Source: an uncultured bacterium (lineage in GTDB: Bacteria; Patescibacteriota; Saccharimonadia; UBA4664). Taken from it: DNA of 64,000 bases. The DNA lies in contig CAVRET010000002.1 of assembly GCA_963720265.1 (NCBI GenBank), forward strand, positions 328,704 to 392,703, written 5' to 3'. The notes beneath the pieces are model-generated. The model was not told the DNA's origin and made no database searches. It saw nothing but the letters and a program-made list of their open reading frames with translations. The first letter of the stretch is position 1. Every line of letters starts with the position of its first letter. The position numbers and the translations under genes are program-made. Shown here piece by piece: positions 58,992 through 64,000 of the stretch.

Positions 58992-59146
58992 ACATCTATT
59001 CTACTCCACCTATACGTGGTGTCAAGGGATACTCACCAAACCATAAACCCAAAAGCAGCAGGCCCCACCGAGAATTGGCAGGGCCCCGCTGGGTCGCGGC
59101 TGCCGCCCTCAATGGGGCTAACTCGTGCGAACTGCGCGCCGAGCAA

Positions 59147-59515
59147 TCAGAAATCGAACTGGCCCGTAACATTGGTCCAGGCTGTTATCGGCTCCGGCTT
59201 TGCCCTCGGTGCGCAGTGCCTGTCCGAGTGATCTACATTTACATAGCTGCGTGGTTTGACGAGCGCCAGCTGGTCAAAAACCTCTCCGAGCTGGTCGGTA
59301 AAGGCGGTGTTTTGGAACATGCGCTCTGCCTTACGCAGACCGGTGTGGGGGTTGGCAACCACCATGCGGGCATTGCCACTGGCGCTCTGGAAAGCTCTAA
59401 GTCCGTATGCCTGCAGGCCAAACGACAGCTGCGTCCGCCAACGGCTCGGCACACTGGGCATTAATTGCTTTTGTATACGAGTACGGATACCCCGTACAAT
59501 ATTGGGTGACGACAT
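59147..59515 (-). pseudogene. Probable truncated transposase remnant (IS4-like DDE N-terminus)
   Basis: FQSASGNAR...KAERM...YVNVDHSD ends just after a first-Asp-like motif with no rest of a DDE domain; family call from recall. Confidence 0.45.
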
Positions 59516-59709
59516 ATTTGTTTTCCTGTTTGTTTTGAAGTGGACAGAAAACAGTGTGTCGTCTTTTTAGTTGCAGCTCAAGCAAGTGTGGGGTGGTTCA
59601 GAGAATAAACCTGTAGTTTTGTTACATTTATATCAATAATGTAAATGAAGATCGGCTCGCCAAGGGCAAAAGCTTATATGGGTTACAGTAAAAAATGTAC
59701 AGGAACAGT

Positions 59710-59926
59710 TATGAATAATACGAAAAAAATTAACTCCGAAGTAAAATGTGTTTACGTTGTCTGCGTATTAGTTGCTGAGTTTGCAGGATTTGCAATTATT
59801 AGAACAAACGGTAGCCTGATTGTGGCCGGTCTTGTAGGCGGCGGAGCAGCCTTAGTGGCTGCCGTCGTTACCAAGCTTATAGCCAGGGCAAGAGGTATGG
59901 ATTTTTACTCCAAAAGTCACAAGTGA
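59710..59926 (+). CDS. Small two-TM hypothetical protein
   Basis: AGGA SD before ATG (MNNTKK), two hydrophobic helices. Confidence 0.5.
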
Positions 59927-60048
59927 ATACTGGATCACAATGTCTTTGGAGCGAGACGCCCAAATACGCTGGCCCGAAAGCCCGCATTTAGTCTCAAATA
60001 AAATAGATGAAAATCGAAAACAGCCTAATAAAGCCACCATAATGCTTA

Positions 60049-60124
60049 TGGTAGGCCCGCCTGGATTCGAACCAGGGACCAACACCTTATAAGAGTGTCG
60101 CTCTAACCGCTGAGCTACGGGCCC
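60049..60124 (-). tRNA. tRNA-Ile with TAT (UAU) anticodon
   Basis: GGGCCCGTAGCTCAGCGGTTAGAGCG-ACACT-CTTATAA-GGTGT-TGGTC-CCTGGTTCGAATCCAGG-CGGGCCT-ACCA. Confidence 0.93.
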
Positions 60125-60199
60125 GTGAAAAGCAAAATTGTCGCCCCCGTATATTATACGAGCCCAAGCGCTAACGCGAGCCCTGATATACTTGGGGTA

Positions 60200-60604
60200 A
60201 TGAAGTTCAGCCACTTCTTAAATTTGCCGCGTCCCAAGCTCACCGGCGCCAACCTCTTAAACATCATCGGCGCCGTGGTAGTGATCTATTTGCTCGCGGT
60301 CCTGGGCTCGACCATTAAGCACAACTATTCTCTCGACCAACAAGTTACACAGCTTAATTCCCAGATCGCTCAGCTCCAAAAGCAAAAGGCCGCCTTAAAC
60401 AGCAATATCCAATATGAGCAAACCAGCTCCTTTGACGATCGCGAAGCCCGTTCCCAGCTTGGCCTGCAGGCCCCCGGCGAAAAAGTTATCATCATTCCCG
60501 AATCCTCGCCCACTCCCACGCCGGCTGCCGGCAATACGAACGCGCCTACCCAGCCCAAATCCAACTTTCAGCAGTGGCTGACATTCCTTTCCGGCAAGGC
60601 CTAG
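60200..60604 (+). CDS. ftsB: FtsB/DivIC septum formation initiator
   Basis: TM helix, coiled coil, EARSQLGLQAPGEKVIII. Confidence 0.85.
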   Translation: MKFSHFLNLPRPKLTGANLLNIIGAVVVIYLLAVLGSTIKHNYSLDQQVTQLNSQIAQLQKQKAALNSNIQYEQTSSFDDREARSQLGLQAPGEKVIIIPESSPTPTPAAGNTNAPTQPKSNFQQWLTFLSGKA

Positions 60605-60659
60605 CGGCGCCATACATTGACGCACACCCTCCAACGTGATACACTTATACCCACAATAG

Positions 60660-60736
60660 CGCGGGGTGGAGCAGTTCGGTAGCTCGCTGGGCTCATAACC
60701 CAGAGGTCGCAGGTTCAAATCCTGCCCCCGCTACCA
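60660..60736 (+). tRNA. Initiator tRNA-fMet(CAT)
   Basis: CGCGGGGTGGAGCAG...GGGCTCATAACCC...CCCCGCTACCA; unpaired C1 and three G-C pairs in the anticodon stem. Confidence 0.97.
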
Positions 60737-60751
60737 AAATAGTAATGCTTA

Positions 60752-60778
60752 AAATTAGCGACCTCTGGTCGCTAATTT
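60752..60778 (+). terminator. Intrinsic terminator after tRNA-fMet
   Basis: AAATTAGCGACC-TCT-GGTCGCTAATTT. Confidence 0.75.
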
Positions 60779-61020
60779 CTGTAATAAGAGATCTATATTT
60801 TTTACCCGATCCATTGCGCTTAAAACGAGAATATGGTATAAAATCACAGTTTCCAGGTTAGTCACAACCTAATGCCTGGTAACGCGGCTTAACAATTTGC
60901 CGCACAACCCCTGCCGTTTCCCCATTCTCCGAGGGATGCCTTAGAGCCAGAAATCGCATTTCTGCTCTGGAACATCCCTCAGCAGATCGCGGGGGAGCAG
61001 CGACACCCAAGGGGTGCTAC

Positions 61021-63456
61021 ATGCCGGACAACCTGGGCGTCGTTATAGAGCCCTTTCCGTACCAACGGGAGTTCCTCGACGCCATCGAAGTTGCACGCGA
61101 TCGCGGCCAAAAGAATATGCTTGGAGTCATGGCCACCGGCCTCGGCAAGACCGTGGTTGCGGCCTTTGACATTAAGCGGCAGCTTGAGCGTCGTCGTGGA
61201 CGGGTACTCTACCTCTGCCACAACAACTACATTCTGGGGCAGGCCCGCAAGACTTTCGAGGCCATCCTGGGACAGTCGTACACGTACGGCTTCTTCCATG
61301 GCACCGAAAAGCACATGCATCACGTCGATGTACTATTCGCCTCGTTTCAAACGATGGCGATCTGGCGTGAGGCATTCTTGCGTGACGAATTCCGGTACAT
61401 TGTGGTCGACGAGTTCCAACACGCTCACGCCGTCACGTTCAGGCCGACCATCGAGTACTTCGAGCCCGAATCAATGCTGGGGCTTACTGCCACACCAGAG
61501 CGCGGAGACGGCCTCGACATCACGACGCTTCTCGGGCGCCCCGTCTTTGAGCTGGGGCTCTTTAAGGCCCTGGGCCGGCGGTACCTGTGTGACGTCGACT
61601 ACCGGATCATGACCGATGAGCTGCAAAGGCTCGAGGTCCTTGATACACCGGTTGGCAAGCTCAGCATCGCCGAACTCAACCGCACTATCTTCGTCCCTAA
61701 GCGGGATGAAGAGATCGCCCGAATCATCATGGAAAAGACGGCAGAAGTAAACGACCCGCGGGTTATGATCTTCTGCGCGTCAATCGCCCACGCCGAGAAT
61801 ATGGCGGCACTCATGCCGCATGCGGTGGTCATTCACTCCAAGCTGAACGGCAAGGAGAAAGACCGACGGCTCGATGGGTTCCGCCATGGCCAGTACAACA
61901 CGGTCATCACGGTCGACATGCTCAACGAGGGCATCGACGTGCCGGAGGCGAACATTATCGTCTTCCTTCGGTCGACATCCTCGCGAACCATCTTCCTCCA
62001 GCAACTCGGCCGCGGCCTGCGCAAGGCTCTCGGCAAGCTGAAGGTCCTGGTGCTCGACTTCGTCGCCAACTGCGAGCGGTTCGAGATGATCGACCAACTG
62101 CAGCAAGGCGTCAGGAACGAGCGTGAGCGACCGCCCAAGGGGCCGGACGACGGTAATGCTGTCGACAGCAGCCGACCCGAACCGCTAACCATTACGCTCG
62201 ACGGCATCACGTTCGACGAGCGTGCGTGGGAACTGTTCAGGGTTATTGCTGTAGTCCGACAAAGTCATGTGCCGCGCTATACCTACACAAGGGAAGCACT
62301 CGCTGCACAACTCATGGCCAAAGCCAGGGGCGGAGTAATGCCATCATTTGCGGAGGTTAGTTCTGATCCCAAAATGGCATCACCTGACACTTTCATGGAC
62401 ACCTTTGACACCACTTGGAACGGCATCGCCCAAGAACTGGGACTTCGGCCAAACCAGCGCTTCGACTACACAAAGGAGGAGCTTACTGCACAACTCATGG
62501 CCAAAGCCAGGGGCGGAGTAATGCCTACGGGTGCCGAAGTTAATGCTGATCCCGCCATGGCCTCTACTCAGGCTTTCTACAACGTTTTCGGCACCACTTG
62601 GAGTGGCATCGCCGAAGGAGTCGGGCTCAAGCCAAACCTGCGAAGGGACTACACAAAGGAGGAGCTGACCACACAACTTCTGCGTAAATCCAGGGAAGGG
62701 GTAATGCCTTCCCAGCGGGAAGTCGACGCCGATCCGACAATGGCGTCGCAAGGTGCATATGTGTCAGTCTTTGGCACCACCTGGAACGGCATCGCAAAAG
62801 CGGTGGGTCTAAAGCCGACCAGGCGGCATGACTATACTAGGGAAGAGCTTACCGCTCAGCTCCGACGGAAGGCTAGGGATGGTGCAATGCCCGCACGCTC
62901 CGCCGTTGATGAGGACCTGGAAATGGCACCGGCCCAAGCTTTTCTGACTGTCTTCAGCACCACCTGGAACGGCATCGCCAAGGAACTAGGACTCAAGGTG
63001 ACGCAACGACGCGATTACACAAAAGCGGAGCTCACCACACAACTCCTTGCCAAAGCACGAAACGGGATAATGCCTACGGTCGCTGAGGTTAATGCCGACC
63101 CCACTATGGCGCGGTTTGAGACCTTCGTGAAAGCTTTCGGCAGCGACTGGGATGGCATAGCCCGCGAACTTGGTCTCAAGCGGGGCGGCCGCAGGACTGG
63201 GACGATGGCATCAGCGCCTCGCGCGCAAGAAGCCGATCCCAAGATAGCGACATTCCCATCGGACGAAGATGAGTATTCCGATGGGGAGCTCTTCGCCTAC
63301 CTCAGGGAGCTCACCATCCGGCTTGTGATGATACCAACGGAAGGAGACATCAACAAGGCTGCTCGTCGCAAAAACGGCATTGACCTTGTAGTTTTTATCC
63401 GGCGGTTCGGATCGCTGTCAGAGGCGCTCGCACGTGCTGGGGTTAGCCGCGGCTGA
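61021..63456 (+). CDS. SF2 (ResIII/DExH-like) helicase with C-terminal array of homing-endonuclease-associated-type repeats
   Basis: MATGLGKT, VVDEFQH, LTATP, NEGIDVP, QQLGRGLR; five 61-aa repeats plus one divergent copy. Confidence 0.88.
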   Translation: MPDNLGVVIEPFPYQREFLDAIEVARDRGQKNMLGVMATGLGKTVVAAFDIKRQLERRRGRVLYLCHNNYILGQARKTFEAILGQSYTYGFFHGTEKHMHHVDVLFASFQTMAIWREAFLRDEFRYIVVDEFQHAHAVTFRPTIEYFEPESMLGLTATPERGDGLDITTLLGRPVFELGLFKALGRRYLCDVDYRIMTDELQRLEVLDTPVGKLSIAELNRTIFVPKRDEEIARIIMEKTAEVNDPRVMIFCASIAHAENMAALMPHAVVIHSKLNGKEKDRRLDGFRHGQYNTVITVDMLNEGIDVPEANIIVFLRSTSSRTIFLQQLGRGLRKALGKLKVLVLDFVANCERFEMIDQLQQGVRNERERPPKGPDDGNAVDSSRPEPLTITLDGITFDERAWELFRVIAVVRQSHVPRYTYTREALAAQLMAKARGGVMPSFAEVSSDPKMASPDTFMDTFDTTWNGIAQELGLRPNQRFDYTKEELTAQLMAKARGGVMPTGAEVNADPAMASTQAFYNVFGTTWSGIAEGVGLKPNLRRDYTKEELTTQLLRKSREGVMPSQREVDADPTMASQGAYVSVFGTTWNGIAKAVGLKPTRRHDYTREELTAQLRRKARDGAMPARSAVDEDLEMAPAQAFLTVFSTTWNGIAKELGLKVTQRRDYTKAELTTQLLAKARNGIMPTVAEVNADPTMARFETFVKAFGSDWDGIARELGLKRGGRRTGTMASAPRAQEADPKIATFPSDEDEYSDGELFAYLRELTIRLVMIPTEGDINKAARRKNGIDLVVFIRRFGSLSEALARAGVSRG
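62284..63198 (+). repeat. Five tandem 183-bp intragenic repeats
   Basis: Units start at 62284, 62467, 62650, 62833, 63016 (YT[RK]xxLxxQL...MP...MA...TTWNGIA..LGL). Confidence 0.9.
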
Positions 63457-63586
63457 GTACAGCCTGCAACAAGTACACCCGGGGCCGAGAAGACACAATC
63501 TTCTCGGCCCCCCTCTTTTGCCCTAGTCAATGAGTTAGTGAGACATGTCGATCTTACAGATAAAATTGCCACCAGCCACGTACGAC

Positions 63587-63985
63587 TTACATATTCGATT
63601 TTGCACCTGGTAAGATGCGACCATCCGAACCGCGCCGTTGAATGCCACCATTACAGCCAGGATTGCGGATAACAACACCGTCCTTAATGAGCAATCTTCG
63701 CACTGTTAGACGATCGATATGATACTTAGTCGCCAGTTTACGCAGAGAAAGGCCATTCTGATAATCATCTTTCAGATCGTCGACATTGATTGCCTGTAAC
63801 GCCGAAGAGCGTAAGGGTCTAACAGCAATTTCGTGTGCTTTATATGCAGGTTGATTTTTCAACTCACTCAGCGCAGCATATAAAAGCTTGATGATTGGGC
63901 CGCTCTGATGTCGCCCACCCAGCGCTACCAAGGAATTATTTCCAAAATCAACGGCCGCAGCCGTTTTTTTATTTAGTAAAAGCAT
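63587..63985 (-). CDS. HTH-containing hypothetical protein
   Basis: DDYQNGLSLRKLATKYHIDRLTVRRLL..GVVIR. Confidence 0.65.
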   Translation of the reverse strand: MLLLNKKTAAAVDFGNNSLVALGGRHQSGPIIKLLYAALSELKNQPAYKAHEIAVRPLRSSALQAINVDDLKDDYQNGLSLRKLATKYHIDRLTVRRLLIKDGVVIRNPGCNGGIQRRGSDGRILPGAKSNM

Positions 63986-64000
63986 AAGTGTGTTGACTTT

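Larger units (their letters stand above)
57325..59037 (-). mobile_element. IS1595-family element with passenger genes (1713 bp)
   Basis: Imperfect 27-bp TIRs GGCGAGTGTACCGTGATGCCACGTAGA / GGTGAGTATCCCTTGACACCACGTATA (20 of 27 match); 8-bp TSD AAACCATA at 57317-57324 and 59038-59045. Confidence 0.92.

Noticed and set aside
59046-59600. Complete second IS with defined ends around the transposase remnant
   Set aside because: No convincing TIR pair or TSD found; kept only as a low-confidence pseudogene
62284-63198. Regularly spaced repeats as a CRISPR array or DGR template
   Set aside because: 183-bp in-frame coding repeats with no spacers, and no cas or reverse transcriptase gene in the window

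Overview
This 64-kb bacterial chromosome segment most resembles Patescibacteria/CPR, probably Saccharibacteria. That call is inferred from CPR-typical hypothetical families, pervasive leaderless promoters and a tRNA-Ile with a UAU anticodon; there is no rRNA marker in the window. From left to right it holds: a surface-glycan locus (GT4s, Wzx-like flippase, Wzm/Wzt, GT-C mannosyltransferases, ManC); cell-wall proteins; lexA; a Fur/Zur-controlled Zn/Mn ABC importer; an accessory islet beside tRNA-Asn with a CooC-like ATPase, an SCO5389-like partner and a second Fur-type regulator; and an OmpR/HK two-component system with a MacB-like exporter. Further right are a divergent F1-like ATPase cluster, a stand-alone NRPS adenylation protein, a ferric-reductase/ApbE/FMN-binding redox module, an intact IS1595 element with passenger genes (TIRs, 8-bp TSD), tRNA-Ile(UAU), tRNA-fMet, and an SF2 helicase with 61-aa tandem repeats behind a structured leader. 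The best candidate novel system is the ATPase cluster (38448-45408). It has b-, delta-, alpha-, gamma-, beta- and truncated epsilon-like genes but no subunit a. Where subunit c would sit, it has an exported beta-rich protein ending in a c-like GRNP hairpin that lacks the canonical ion-binding carboxylate, suggesting an ATP-driven rotor turning a surface structure rather than an ATP synthase. All family calls come from motif recognition by eye; no database searches were run.
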